Positions 44,478 through 55,973 of a DNA stretch of 64,000 nucleotides are shown here, piece by piece. Below the pieces are notes generated by a model. That model searched no databases and was not told the origin of the DNA. It was given only the letters and a program-made list of their open reading frames with translations. Both the position numbers and the translations under genes were made by a program. Each line of letters opens with the position of its first letter. The first letter of the stretch is position 1. The stretch covers positions 128,001-192,000 of the forward strand of contig CAWEXU010000031.1 in NCBI GenBank assembly GCA_963813075.1. Reading direction: 5' to 3'. Source of the DNA: Methanotrichaceae archaeon (GTDB lineage Archaea > Halobacteriota > Methanosarcinia > Methanotrichales > Methanotrichaceae).

Positions 44478-46671
44478 ATGAGAGAATTTGTTTCGCTAAA
44501 TCCAAAAAATATGTCGAGAGACTTCGATGCAACAATTCAGGGAGAGGAACCGATAGTCAGACTTGAGGAGACTGCAGGCAAAATAACGATATCATATACT
44601 TTCCCTGGTTTTTACCTGGTAGAAGACAGTCGCGACATCGACATGAGGAGATTGGCTTCAAGCTGATCACCATCGCAGCAGTCGGTTCTTTGGGTGTGAG
44701 CGGTCGACCACAGCTCCCCTCATTTGGCCGTTATGTGCAGATCCCTCAGAACGCAAGCTACAAGATCACCGTGGAAAAGAGCAAACCAACCGTCTTCGAT
44801 AATGTAATCGTTTCCCCATTTCAGCAGATGCAGACTGACAGCCCTGGCGGGAAGACCGCATTTGAGTATGACAGCGATTTCTATAATCAAGACATCCTTT
44901 ATCCGGAAGAAATCGTTAATGTCACCGGTCCCTTCAACATCGACCAGTACAACGCTCTCCTGGTCCACGTGACTCCTTTCCAGTACAATCCGGCTGAAAA
45001 AAAGGCTAACTGGATATGGGAATGTAACGGTTGAAATTGAGATTAAACGAAGGCCGGAGGCAATGGCGAGCAGAGAGATAAGACCCTCTACTGCATCACC
45101 CGAGATAGGGGCTTTTGGAAATCTGCTGCTCAATCCCGGAAGCCGTATAGATGCCAGGCTCAACCTGCCCGAAATAGTCCTGCACCAGACGCTGCAATAA
45201 ATGAAGCCGGCAAGCCGTTGATACTCCTACGGCCGCGGTTTCTGATCATCTATGCCGGGGCGGTTGAAGCTGCTGCCAGGAAGCTGGCCAACTGGAAGAT
45301 CCGGCGAGGGCTTCTCACTAAAAATAATTTCTATTGATTCTATTGGCTTAGATGTTGCCAAAGATGTTGCAAAAATCAAGAAATATGTCCGGAAAGAAAA
45401 GGCGAATAACCCCGATCTGAATTATGTCCTTTTATTCGGAGATGTGGATTCAATTCTCAACGGAGACAATTCATGGCGGCGCATTTGAAGAATATGGAGA
45501 TAATATAACCGATTACTACTACTCAACAAAAACCGATCCCACTGGGCCAAACAGCCTTGTCTTTCCCTGGCTGTCTATTGGGCGCATTCCTGCAAGCAAA
45601 GATGGCGATGCTATGAACATAGTGGATCAGATAATCGCCTATGAAACGGAGCCATCTTCTGATCCCAAGATACTATACGAGGATGACCTTTGCCGCCTAC
45701 TTCCAGGATGAAGATATGGATGACCGGGATGACCGGGAATTCCTTAAGACCATGGAGGATATCCGCACCAGCATTCAGCCCCTGGGATACAGCATAAAGC
45801 GAATTTATGTCACCAACAACAAGGACATGAAATTCCACATGGACGGAACGCCTATCCCAGAGGATGTTAAGGAAGCGATAGTAAATCCCAAAGTAGCCAC
45901 GAAGATGATGATCGATGCAGTTAACGAAGGTCAGCTCTTTATCGGCCATAGAGATCATGGTGATTGGGATGGATGGGGTCAACCTCCCTTCAAGATCGGT
46001 GACCTGAACAAGGTGACAGGAAAAACCACATCCATATTCTACAGCATCAACTGCCTTACAGGAAAATTCGATGTCAATTCTGCAGAATCGTTTGCTGAGA
46101 AGAATCTGAGGATGGAAGGGGCTGCTCCGTCACTCATTGCCGCTTCCCAGGTATCAAGTAGCTCGCTGAACAATAGCCTTGAGAAAGCGCTCTTTGATGC
46201 CACATTTGGCGGTGTCATTCCCACGTTCCCCAGCGGCACGGCCAGCTACCCGCTCACCTTCAACCGTTTGGGAGATGTGCTAAACTACAGCAAATCCTAT
46301 CTTCCCATAAGCTTAAGCGGCACTCCGATGTACATAAAAGATCATTTTGAGATTTACCACGTGATCGGAGACCCCACCATCGAGCTATGGACGGCAGCGC
46401 CGAGATTGGTCTCGGTTAAAGCCAAACTAAGGACCATTTTAAGAGAAAGGTGCTGGACATAATTCTCTCCGAGTGTCCTAAAGGCTGCACGCTCACTATA
46501 TGGGCTGATGATCAGATGATGCGCAGACTTGAACCCTCTTCCACCCATATAGCGATCTCCTTAAATGACCTCAAATTGACTATTGGTGAGAGCCTGGTTA
46601 AGGACTTACATGTATGCTTCCATGCACCAGGATGCCGATACAGCGAGGTGGTTGTAAAGACCGGTAAATGA
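44478..46671 (+). CDS. Gingipain-like C25 cysteine peptidase with propeptide (several frameshifts)
   Basis: Propeptide G.PQLP...YP.EIV...V.PFQYNP; YVLLFGD, TDYYY, IGRIP, HRDHG (catalytic His), SINCLTG (catalytic Cys) and GDPT. Confidence 0.88.
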
Positions 46672-46836
46672 TCTATTGTGATTGATCAATTAATGGTAGC
46701 AAATACATAAAATTTTTATATTTCACAATTTTTGCATATTTTTTTTTATAATTTTAACTTTGTGACCGGGGATTGGAGTCCATAACTCATGGGAAAACTC
46801 ATATATCAAGACAGCCTTAATAATAAAGGCGATTAA

Positions 46837-47294
46837 ATGAATTTCAAATTCTCTTTGAAATTAATGCTTTTAGTAATTATGTTTTTTGCTGAGGCAGGTG
46901 ACGCGACCAACTTGACCGGAGTTGATAATATTCTCAGGATTGAGATGGACATATTCAGCGGAAGAGAAAATCCTTTCTGGAATTTGAACATAAATGAGTC
47001 GAATTTTTCATAGAGAAAATCCTATCTCTTCCAGAAGGTAATAAGAACGAATCGATTGATGCAGGATTGGGATATCGGGGATTAATCATCACAGGTGACC
47101 TGCTAAAGGATAAATGTATTGACGAGATCAGGATTTTCAGTGGGGTGGCGAACGTTATGGCTATGGATAATGTATCAAATCTTTCTGATCCGGGGCGTGA
47201 TCTGGAGCTATGGCTGATCGAGACGTCAAGGACGCACATTGATAGCGAACTCTATGATTCAGTGCATAAAGAGGTCACGAATGCGACTAGCTGA
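46837..47294 (+). CDS. Secreted stand-alone paralog of the N-domain of 43490-44382 (one frameshift near 47005)
   Basis: Signal peptide MNFKFSLKLMLLVIMFFAEAG; LRIEMDIFSGRENPFW and LGYRGLII match LRIEVDMYSGRPNPSW and LGYRGLII. Confidence 0.75.
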
Positions 47295-47622
47295 GGTATT
47301 TCCAATTTGGGATTCAAAGGCAGTAGGGAAAAATGGATTGCGGGAATCAAATCTGAAAAGGTGGTGGCAAGGCGAGAATTGATCCTTGCTCATCCCACTC
47401 TTATGAGCCTCTGCGCCAGGTTTTACAGGATCAGATCCCGCCTGCGATTATTCTTCAGGATGATTCGCTTCAAATCGATTTAAGCTGCTCATCTATTCTC
47501 TTGATTTTATTAGCGCATTCCGCCAGCTTCACCAGCAGGAAGTGGCGCTCGGCCATCAGCTTATTTTTATGAAACAGCAGAGCGGCCGAAGATTTTTTCC
47601 TGCTATCCGATTCCATTTTTAC

Positions 47623-48008
47623 CTACCATCCGGCACTGAGCATAACTGCCGTGAGGCCTATGCCGATGAATGCTCCCAGGCTGAGGAATATCTCCACTAT
47701 TGGGGCATTTTTCGATCTATAATTCTGGTTGACCAGGGTCTCATAAAGGGCCTTATAGTATCTCTTCATGGTAAAGCCCCCATTCTGGCCATGAGGTCCA
47801 TTGAGAATACTGATCCGAATATCAGTACGGTCAGGGCCAGTGCGAATAAGATCTCATCTGTATGCCGGATGCTGTCTGCCTGAGCTCTCAGGTAGCCTGC
47901 TTTAGGGCCAAACAGCCTGGCCCCAATTCCAGAGAGCTCATAATGCTCATATTGCTCATAAGGCTCATTAGGCCTATATGGTTCGCTTATTTCATTTCTT
48001 CCGATCAT
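47623..48008 (-). CDS. Hypothetical two-TM membrane protein (frameshift near 47780)
   Basis: Hydrophobic ILFALALTVLIFGSVF and, after the shift, IFLSLGAFIGIGLTAVML; short EPY repeats. Confidence 0.5.
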
Positions 48009-48305
48009 TTTCAACTTCCTGGGGCCAATATCATTAAGAGACCGGCAATCTCTTATGCGGCCCGTCCTTCCAATTAGTTTTTTTATAAGTCTATTCCGAT
48101 TCGATAACGCTATGCAGCGGTCGAACATTCAATACCCAATCCAGATCGAACCAGATTGGGTGTTACAATCCCGGTTTTCTTATAGATGCATCTAAGGACG
48201 CACCAATGTCGTGCTCTCGACTGAAAATGGAACTGCTGAGCTTCGACATGCTATTCTGGTTTCAGCACAACCTATATAAATTTTACTGTCGAACCCCAGG
48301 ATTGT

Positions 48306-48776
48306 ATGCTTAAATCATTTCAAAGAGCTTTATTCAGATTGTTCAATAGGTATATAGTGGTGCCCGCTTTTCAAAAGAACCTCGGCAAATACATTTCAAA
48401 TCCCATCATAGGCAATATCATGGTCATTAAAACGAGAGGCAGGAAGACCGGAAAGACGCGCTATACCCCGGTGTATCACGCTCTTGTCGGCGAGAACATT
48501 TACTGCTACCAGGGCAAGCATCTAAAGGGCCAGTGGTATCTGAATGTATTGGCTAACCCCAATGTGGAAGTCCTCCTGCCCGGCGGCACTCTGACCGGAG
48601 TCGCAGAAGAGGTGAGCGATCCAAAGGAGGCAGCTTATGCCATCCGCCAGATCCTGAAGGGCAGTGGAGTCTGGGCATTTCTGTATGGATTCAATCCATT
48701 TACCATCGAGGATGGATCCCTGGAAAAGAAGGTGCAGCAAATTCCGGTGATCAGGATCAAGAGGGCAGCAAAATGA
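48306..48776 (+). CDS. Deazaflavin (F420)-dependent nitroreductase-family (Ddn-like) protein
   Basis: TRGRKTGKTRYTPV and WYLNVLANPNVEV. Confidence 0.88.
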   Translation: MLKSFQRALFRLFNRYIVVPAFQKNLGKYISNPIIGNIMVIKTRGRKTGKTRYTPVYHALVGENIYCYQGKHLKGQWYLNVLANPNVEVLLPGGTLTGVAEEVSDPKEAAYAIRQILKGSGVWAFLYGFNPFTIEDGSLEKKVQQIPVIRIKRAAK

Positions 48777-48894
48777 TCTGCAGTGACCATTGCCGCTTCT
48801 CTTATTCCCAGGCGTTATGCCTGCGTTTTTCGCATGCCGATTCCAGCCAAACTTTTTATAAGATTGACATCATTTATTGCGAGGTGTTCTTGAT

Positions 48895-49293
48895 ATGTCC
48901 AATATTGATAAGATATCGATAGATACGAACCGAGTTGTGCCGCCATTCCTGACCCCAGCGGTCAAGGGTCTCGCTCTAGTCCTGCTGCTTCTCATGCTGT
49001 CAGTTCCGGTCCTCGCTCATTCTCCATCCCAGGTACTCCTCGCTTATGACAATCCGAATCAGACATTGAATGTGACCATAAGCCATAGCTCGTCAAATCC
49101 AGGCCACTTTATCCGGGAGGTGGCAGTGCAGAAGAATGGCGAAGACGTCCTGAGAAAAGAATACACTAACCAGACTGATGCCAACACCTTCAGCTATTAT
49201 TATCAGATTAATGCCACCGCAGGAGACATCCTGAAGGCCGGGGCCTACTGCAGCATCTCCGGCAGCAGATCAGCCCAGACCAAAGTGCAGTGA
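48895..49293 (+). CDS. Small secreted protein, desulfoferrodoxin/SoxZ-like Ig fold suspected
   Basis: Signal peptide ending VLA-HSP; H....GHFI..V and GD.LKA.AYCSISG pattern. Confidence 0.6.
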   Translation: MSNIDKISIDTNRVVPPFLTPAVKGLALVLLLLMLSVPVLAHSPSQVLLAYDNPNQTLNVTISHSSSNPGHFIREVAVQKNGEDVLRKEYTNQTDANTFSYYYQINATAGDILKAGAYCSISGSRSAQTKVQ

Positions 49294-49352
49294 GATTTTT
49301 GGGCGAGGAGACTGTAAGCCAGGAAAAGGGGAAAAAATGGGCAGGATGAAAA

Positions 49353-49805
49353 TCAATGCTCTGCCGCTTTCCTGGCCTGGACAGCCAGCCCCCTTTTGAT
49401 CTGCATCATCTCCTCAGGCGCGAGGACGGCAGTGCCCGTGGCCAGCAGCCGATCCTCTGAGTCGACGACCAGAACCTCCTCACCGGCTCGAATCTCCGGG
49501 TCCACCGCAAGGACGTGCCTGGCAAATAGATTGCCTCCTTTGGCGATGAATGGCGCAGCATCATCTGTGGCTACCACCCTGAGCTTAGGGCTGCAGAACA
49601 GATCGTGCAGCCTCATGGCGCCGATCATGCTCAGGGTCAGGAGGTTATCCCTTGCTCGGACTGTGGCAATCCTCTCCTTTTCCCGGTAAAGATACCTCAG
49701 CCGGCGGGTCTTGGATAGGCTGTATTTCGTGCCATCGGGAAATAGAGCACTGCCCGCGCCCCTGCCAAACTGATAGTCGGCGATAGTCCTCGCTCGCTTA
49801 AGCAT
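49353..49805 (-). CDS. PUA-domain protein (archaeosine TGT C-terminal-like)
   Basis: IADYQFGRGAG, G.NLFARHV..DPEIRAGEEVLVVD..LLATG. Confidence 0.88.
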   Translation of the reverse strand: MLKRARTIADYQFGRGAGSALFPDGTKYSLSKTRRLRYLYREKERIATVRARDNLLTLSMIGAMRLHDLFCSPKLRVVATDDAAPFIAKGGNLFARHVLAVDPEIRAGEEVLVVDSEDRLLATGTAVLAPEEMMQIKRGLAVQARKAAEH

Positions 49806-49993
49806 CCAGATTTCCTTTGCCGGAGGAAATAAAAGAGTTATGGTGCTGGTGCCAGAACGTAATGGTTGGTGCCATTGCCAGTGGCGTCATCATGTCCAGT
49901 GCAGAGCATCATATCTCGGGCTCATACCATAATCTATTTTGCCCTCCTCAGTAAACCACCACCCATCTCGCTAATTAGCACCGGTGATTCGAT

Positions 49994-51238
49994 TTGAAAT
50001 CCCTAGATGTTGTAGATCCCGAAATCGCAGCCGCGATCCAGTCTGAGCTGGAGAGGCAGCGAAATAATATCATCCTGATTGCATCAGAGAACTTCACCAG
50101 TAGAGCGGTCATGGAGGCGCAGTGCTCTGTCATGACCAATAAGTATGCGGAAGGCTATCCTGGCAAACGCTACTATCGCGGCACGGGCTGCGTTGACCTG
50201 GCAGAGAACCTGGCAATAGAGCGCTGCAAGAAGCTCTTTGGCGCAGAGCATGTGAACGTCCAGCCCCACAGCGGCACTCAGGCCAACATGGCGGCCTACT
50301 TCGCCGTCCTCAAGATCGGCGATACCATCATGGGCATGAACCTCGCTCACGGCGGCCACCTCTCCCATGGCAGCCCGGTCAACTTCTCAGGCAAGATGTA
50401 CAAGATCGTGCCCTATAACGTATCCAGAGAGACGGAGATGCTCGACTACTCCGAGATGGCGGACATAGCTCGAAAGTCCCGGCCCCAGCTTATTGTGGTG
50501 GGCGCATCCAGCTACCCCCGGACCATCGACTTCAAGGCGGTGCGGGAGATCGCCGATGATGTAGGGGCTAAGGTTATGGCGGACATCGCCCATATCGCCG
50601 GCATGTGTGCAGTGGGCGCTCATCCATCTCCCGTGCCCTATGCGGATATCGTTACCACCACCACTCATAAGACCCTGCGGGGGCCGAGGGGCGCTCTGAT
50701 CCTGTGCAAAGAGGAGCTGGCCTCAGCCATTGACCGCTCAGTTTTCCCTGGCACCCAGGGGGGGCCGTTCATGAACTCCATCGCGGCGAAGGCGGTGGCA
50801 TTCAAGGAGGCCTTAACCCCGGAGTTCAAGGAGTATCAGTTCCAGGTTGTAAGGAATGCCCGCGCTCTGGCTGATCAGCTGCTGAAGAACGACTTCGACC
50901 TGGTCAGCGGGGGCACAGACAATCACCTGCTCTTGGTCAAGCTGCTGAAAGAGAACATCACCGGAAAGGTGGCTGACGAGACTTTAGAGAGGGCGGGAAT
51001 CACTCTGAACAAGAACATGATTCCGTTCGACCCGGCCACGCCCTTCGTCACCAGCGGAATTCGCATGGGCACTCCGGCCATGACCACCAGAGGCATGCAG
51101 GAAAAGCAGATGGTCCAGATCGCTGATTTGATCACCAGGGTGCTCCGCGACATCAGCAATGAGAAGACTATAACCGCGGTTCGCTCTGAGGCAAAAGCCC
51201 TGTGCGACCAGTTCCCCCTGTATCCCGATATGGCGTGA
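49994..51238 (+). CDS. glyA: Serine hydroxymethyltransferase
   Basis: [26 protein letters not shown] and [12 protein letters not shown]. Confidence 0.97.
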   Translation: MKSLDVVDPEIAAAIQSELERQRNNIILIASENFTSRAVMEAQCSVMTNKYAEGYPGKRYYRGTGCVDLAENLAIERCKKLFGAEHVNVQPHSGTQANMAAYFAVLKIGDTIMGMNLAHGGHLSHGSPVNFSGKMYKIVPYNVSRETEMLDYSEMADIARKSRPQLIVVGASSYPRTIDFKAVREIADDVGAKVMADIAHIAGMCAVGAHPSPVPYADIVTTTTHKTLRGPRGALILCKEELASAIDRSVFPGTQGGPFMNSIAAKAVAFKEALTPEFKEYQFQVVRNARALADQLLKNDFDLVSGGTDNHLLLVKLLKENITGKVADETLERAGITLNKNMIPFDPATPFVTSGIRMGTPAMTTRGMQEKQMVQIADLITRVLRDISNEKTITAVRSEAKALCDQFPLYPDMA

Positions 51239-52098
51239 TCGAACTGACGACGATAATTGATGGAAAGGCCCTGGCCGGTGAGGTGGAGGCGGAGACTCTT
51301 CAGAGGGCGAAAAAGCTGGCCGAGAAGGGTATCGTCCCGGGCCTTGCCACGGTTCTGGTGGGAGAGAACCCGGCATCGCAGATGTACATCCGGCTCAAGC
51401 ACTCCGCCTGCTCCCGAGCGGGGATAAGATCCGAGAACGTACTCCTGCCGGAAAACAGCACAGAAGAGGAGATCATCGCCAAAATTCAGCAGCTCAATCA
51501 AAGAGAGGATATCAACGGCATTCTCCTGCAGCTGCCCCTGCCCGGCGGACTTAACCCTCAGAAGGCGATGATGAGCATTCTGCCGGAGAAGGATGTGGAT
51601 GGATTTCATCCCCGGAATATGGGAGCACTACTGCTGGGAGCAGAGAGGCTGGTGCCCTGCACGCCTCTGGGGATCATCTATGCCCTGGAGAGGCTGAACA
51701 AGAAGCTGGAGGGGGCAGAGGTGGTCATCGTCGGCCACAGCAATGTGGTGGGCAAGCCCCTGGCGGCCATGATGCTCAACCGCAATGCTACAGTGCAAAT
51801 ATGCCATGTCTTCACCAGAGACCTGGCCGAGCATACCCGCGATGCGGAGATACTGGTGGTGGCAGCCGGGGTCCCGGGCCTGATCAAAAAGGAGATGGTC
51901 CGGCCGGGAGCTTATGTCTTTGATGTGGGCATAAACCGGGTAGGAGATAAGACCGTAGGCGACGTGGACTACCAGGCGGTATCCGGGATCGCGGGAGCGA
52001 TAACCCCGGTTCCAGGCGGAGTGGGGCCTCTCACCGTGGCCATGCTCCTCCGACAGACCCTGAACGCCACTGAAAAGCAGACAGAAGCCCGCCAGTAA
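51235..52098 (+). CDS. folD: Bifunctional methylene-THF dehydrogenase/cyclohydrolase
   Basis: [28 protein letters not shown] and [12 protein letters not shown] overlaps the glyA stop. Confidence 0.97.
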   Translation: MIELTTIIDGKALAGEVEAETLQRAKKLAEKGIVPGLATVLVGENPASQMYIRLKHSACSRAGIRSENVLLPENSTEEEIIAKIQQLNQREDINGILLQLPLPGGLNPQKAMMSILPEKDVDGFHPRNMGALLLGAERLVPCTPLGIIYALERLNKKLEGAEVVIVGHSNVVGKPLAAMMLNRNATVQICHVFTRDLAEHTRDAEILVVAAGVPGLIKKEMVRPGAYVFDVGINRVGDKTVGDVDYQAVSGIAGAITPVPGGVGPLTVAMLLRQTLNATEKQTEARQ

Positions 52099-52141
52099 AG
52101 GAATCAAATCAAAGAGAAATGGCAAAGGAAAGGATCAGAAT

Positions 52142-52738
52142 ATGTCCCTGGTAATTGCCCTGGCTAAGAAGAAGGAAGCGGTGATAGGAGGCGACAGGCG
52201 CTCTATCACCTTCCTGGGCAGCTGGCCAGAGCTGGAACAGGAGCTATATAGCGGCCTGATATCGGACGATGAGGCTCTACTAGCCCGAGCAAAGGAGATG
52301 GGGGCCACCCTGCAGGTAACAGATGGCAGAGACAAGGTCTGGAGGCGGGGCGACATCCTGGTGGGAGAGGTAACGGAGATCACTCCCCAGCTGGAGAGGC
52401 GCAGGAGGATATACGCTGCCCCTGGAGGTCAGCTGCAGGTCGACATCTCCGGGAAGGAGGCTCGAATAAGAGATCAGGGAAGATCGGGATGCATCATTTA
52501 TGGAAACCGATTCACCCAGCAGATTGCGGTATCAATTGTGGTTCAGGCCGATGGCCGGGTGGATGAGACTCTGATCCGGAAGATCTTCCAGGAAGTAGCA
52601 AATAAGACGGCCTCTGTAAGCCAGGAGCATGTGATCTTGAGGAGCGAGAAGGAGTTTTCCGATACCCAGAAGGCTTTAGAGGAAGCCCTGGTGGAGGACT
52701 GCCAGGAGAACGGCTGGAGGCTATGCGCTCCGCTGTGA
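52142..52738 (+). CDS. Connectase (DUF2121/MJ0548-family proteasome-beta-like protein ligase)
   Basis: N-terminal M-S-LVIA (Ser1 nucleophile), GD.R.ITF, LE.ELYSG.I..DE, LVGEV, RRRIYA, GN.FT.Q and KTASVS. Confidence 0.85.
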   Translation: MSLVIALAKKKEAVIGGDRRSITFLGSWPELEQELYSGLISDDEALLARAKEMGATLQVTDGRDKVWRRGDILVGEVTEITPQLERRRRIYAAPGGQLQVDISGKEARIRDQGRSGCIIYGNRFTQQIAVSIVVQADGRVDETLIRKIFQEVANKTASVSQEHVILRSEKEFSDTQKALEEALVEDCQENGWRLCAPL

Positions 52739-53421
52739 TCCTGGCAGGGGGAAACAGCCATCGCCTGGGTCTGGAGAAGGCGCTCTTAGAGTTTGATGGA
52801 AGGCCGCTCATCTGCTGGACGGCAAAGGTCCTTCTCCTGGCCGCTGACGAGGTGGTGGTGGTGGCTAAAGATCGGGATCATGCGAGAAGGCTGGCCCAGA
52901 TCTTATTAGATAAAACATTTTTGGATGAAACAATTTCAGATAGTCCACACTCAGGTCGAAGACACTCAGATCAAAACCGGATTCGCTTCACCTGGGACAG
53001 CATCAGTGGTTTCGGGCCGGTGGCGGGCCTTGAGGCGGGATTGAGGATGGCCAGGGGCAGGTTCGCCTTTGCCACAGCATGCGATCTTCCTTTTTTGAAC
53101 AGGATGGTTATTGACAAGCTCTTTGAGCTGGCGGACAATGATTTGCGCTATGAGGCGGCAGTTCCTGTGCAGCCCAATGGGTACTTCGAGCCTCTCCATT
53201 CGGTCTATGAGAGGGCAAAGATGCAGCAGGCATGCCAGAGGGCTTTGGAGAGAGGGGAGAGGAGGATTCACGTCCCCCTGCAGGAGCTGGTAGTCAATCG
53301 GGTCCCAAAAGAGCAGTTCCTGCCGATGGACCCCGAGCAGCTTTCCTTTTTCAACCTCAATACCAGGGAGGACCTGAAAAGGGCCCAAGCTCTCTGGCCG
53401 GAAAAACGAAAAAGAAGCTGA
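52723..53421 (+). CDS. mobA: Molybdenum cofactor guanylyltransferase
   Basis: ILAGG.S.RLG.EKALL, GPVAGL, ACDLPF, EPLH.VY and FFNLNT.EDL. Confidence 0.92.
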   Translation: MRSAVILAGGNSHRLGLEKALLEFDGRPLICWTAKVLLLAADEVVVVAKDRDHARRLAQILLDKTFLDETISDSPHSGRRHSDQNRIRFTWDSISGFGPVAGLEAGLRMARGRFAFATACDLPFLNRMVIDKLFELADNDLRYEAAVPVQPNGYFEPLHSVYERAKMQQACQRALERGERRIHVPLQELVVNRVPKEQFLPMDPEQLSFFNLNTREDLKRAQALWPEKRKRS

Positions 53422-53428
53422 TCGCCTT

Positions 53429-53575
53429 TCAGACATATTGCTTCAAAGCGTAATAGATTAGATAGACTATCGCTATGAATAGAGCTAATTTTGCCAGAGA
53501 CCAGAAGCTATTCCAGAGGATCAGGGCCACTATGACGGCCAGCAGTATCAGCACCAGATTCTTCTCCCGGCTCAT
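53429..53575 (-). CDS. Small two-TM membrane protein
   Basis: MSREKNLVLILLAVIVALILW...FIAIVYLIYY. Confidence 0.6.
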   Translation of the reverse strand: MSREKNLVLILLAVIVALILWNSFWSLAKLALFIAIVYLIYYALKQYV

Positions 53576-53722
53576 CGTTGGCTGCTGCAGTTTATATATC
53601 CGCCTTGGCATAACAGGTCATCGTTGGAATTAGTATTAATCTCTTTTCCATCAATCTCTTTTCCATCGGAACCAAAAGCATTATACATTCCTTATTCCTT
53701 TTCCTGGGCTGGTGAATCTGAT

Positions 53723-54682
53723 TTGGACAAGCTTGAGCTGGCGATGAGAAATACCGAAGAGATCGTGACTGTAGATGAACTTAAGGGTCTCCTGGAGAAG
53801 CCCAGCCGCCCGCGGGCTTATGTGGGCTATGAGACCAGCGGCAAGGTTCATTTGGGCCATATGCTGACCGCAAATAAGCTTCTTGACCTGCAGAAGGCGG
53901 GCTTTGATGTGGTGGTCCTGCTGGCCGATCTGCATGCATTTCTCAATGAGAAGGGAACTCTTGAGGAGGTGCGCCAGATCGCCGACTACAACCGGGACTG
54001 CTTCATGGCCCTGGGCCTTGACCCGGAGAGAACGGAGTTCGTCTATGGCACAGACTATCAGCTCAAGCCGGATTTCATGCTGAAGATCCTGCAGATGGCC
54101 AGGAATACCTCTCTGAACCGGGCCAGGCGCAGCATGGATGAGGTCAGCCGCAATGCAGAGAACCCCATGGTCTCCCAGATGATCTATCCCCTGATGCAGG
54201 CGGTCGACATCGCCGACCTGAAGATCGATCTGGCGGTGGGAGGCATAGACCAGAGGAAGATCCACATGCTGGCCAGAGAGGAGCTGCCCCGGCTGGGACT
54301 GCCCGCACCGGTGTGTCTGCATACCCCCCTGATTCCTGGATTGAACGGGGAGAAGATGTCCTCATCCAAGGGGAATAACATCGCCGTGGACGAGCCGGCA
54401 CAAGACGTGGAAAAGAAGATCAAAAGCGCCTTCTGCCCGGCCAAGGTGGTGGAGAACAATCCAGTGCTGGCGATATGCAAGTATCACGTCTTCCCCCGGA
54501 TAGATGAGGGGATGACAATCAGGAGGCCGGAGAAGTTCGGCGGCGATGTGCACTATGACAGCTACGAGCAGCTGGAGGCGGACTTCGTCAGCGGGGCCAT
54601 GCATCCCATGGACCTGAAAAAGGCCTGCGCAGAGTGCATGATCGAGATTCTGGCACCGGTGAGGGAGAAGATGAAGGTGTGA
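53723..54682 (+). CDS. tyrS: Tyrosyl-tRNA synthetase, archaeal type
   Basis: YVGYETSGKVHLGH, YPLMQAVD, GGIDQRKIHMLARE, KMSSS and HPMDLK. Confidence 0.97.
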   Translation: MDKLELAMRNTEEIVTVDELKGLLEKPSRPRAYVGYETSGKVHLGHMLTANKLLDLQKAGFDVVVLLADLHAFLNEKGTLEEVRQIADYNRDCFMALGLDPERTEFVYGTDYQLKPDFMLKILQMARNTSLNRARRSMDEVSRNAENPMVSQMIYPLMQAVDIADLKIDLAVGGIDQRKIHMLAREELPRLGLPAPVCLHTPLIPGLNGEKMSSSKGNNIAVDEPAQDVEKKIKSAFCPAKVVENNPVLAICKYHVFPRIDEGMTIRRPEKFGGDVHYDSYEQLEADFVSGAMHPMDLKKACAECMIEILAPVREKMKV

Positions 54683-54782
54683 ACAACAATTTATTTTATT
54701 TTCTTTTAAGACTAATATTTTCGACTTTATCCAGGACAGCGAAAAGGTAATCTTCTTTTAATTTCTATTCAAGAATGGCACC

Positions 54783-55811
54783 TTGCCGGGAGGAATTATC
54801 ATAGAGCATAAAATTAGGATCAGTCTGGCTGTGGCAATGGCATTCGTCTTTGCTTTATGCATTCTGGGCACATGCAACACGACCATCGAGTTAGATGAAT
54901 TAGGTTTACCGATAGTTGATTACGGTTTTGTATCTCCGGAGGGAGTGTCCTCTGAGACCGAGATAGAGGGATGGACCAATGTGGGCAAACAGAGAAATCC
55001 TCTAACCATCGCCGCTCAGGGACTGATTTATTATGATCAATATCTGTTGGGAAATGAGAGTTCTAAAGACCTGCTTATTAACTGCGCAGACTGGCTGGTC
55101 GATAACGCTGTGGCCCGAAATGATACCCTGGTCTGGGAGTACAATTATGGTTGGCCGACCTATAACATCACACCCAACTTCATTTCAGGCATGTCTCAGT
55201 CTGGAGCAATCAGGGTACTGGCCATAGCCCATAACCTCACCGGCGAGGAGAAATACATTCAGGGAGCGAGGAAGGGACTGGATGTATTTTATCTCGAAGT
55301 AGATCAGGGAGGGGTCACGTACAAGGATGCAGATGGCTGGTGGTATGAAGAGTATGCTCAGCCAGGTTTGGATATAGAGCCGCGAGTCTTAAATGGCCAT
55401 ATGGCCGTCCTGATCGATCTATATGAGTACTACAATTTAACTGACGACAGCAGTGCAAAAGAGCTCTTCGATCTCGGTTTGAGCGACCTGAAGGCAAATC
55501 TTGATAGCTACGATACAGGCAGCTGGAGCAGATATGATCTTGTCGGAAATAATGCCGTAAAAAAATATCACGAATTCCACATTAGCCAGCTCCAGGCGCT
55601 CTACAATATAACGGGAGACGCTCTCTTTAAGACCTACCGGGATAGCTGGTTGTACTATGAGCTGGCCTATCTCCACGAATATATGGCGGAAATTGAGAAA
55701 GATATCGTCAAGCTCAGGTCATATCAGTCTGGATTGGTCAAGGAAATATCGGATATAGAGACCAGGCTTTCGGATGGAGTCTCAAATAGCGAAGCTATAG
55801 ATCGAAATTAG
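54783..55811 (+). CDS. Exported D-glucuronyl C5-epimerase-family protein
   Basis: N-terminal TM; NP.TIA.QGL, SGMSQ, WYEEY, VLNGH, YDTG.WS.YDL and YH.FHI.QL. Confidence 0.85.
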   Translation: MPGGIIIEHKIRISLAVAMAFVFALCILGTCNTTIELDELGLPIVDYGFVSPEGVSSETEIEGWTNVGKQRNPLTIAAQGLIYYDQYLLGNESSKDLLINCADWLVDNAVARNDTLVWEYNYGWPTYNITPNFISGMSQSGAIRVLAIAHNLTGEEKYIQGARKGLDVFYLEVDQGGVTYKDADGWWYEEYAQPGLDIEPRVLNGHMAVLIDLYEYYNLTDDSSAKELFDLGLSDLKANLDSYDTGSWSRYDLVGNNAVKKYHEFHISQLQALYNITGDALFKTYRDSWLYYELAYLHEYMAEIEKDIVKLRSYQSGLVKEISDIETRLSDGVSNSEAIDRN

Positions 55812-55973
55812 ATCGAACTTGATCGAACTTAGATTGAACCTTCCCTCAACCTGCAGGAACACAGCCGCGAAGCGTATCGATGCCCAGACTCGCGGCCCTG
55901 CCCCTAACAATCGTTTACCATCGTTCTTTTAACGCTTAACAATCACAGATAATGTTAAGGAAGGCGGATCTAC

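Noticed and set aside
47330..47485. Short ORF or hairpin-rich segment after the protease cluster
   Set aside because: Single copy, weak pairing, no clear start or motif.
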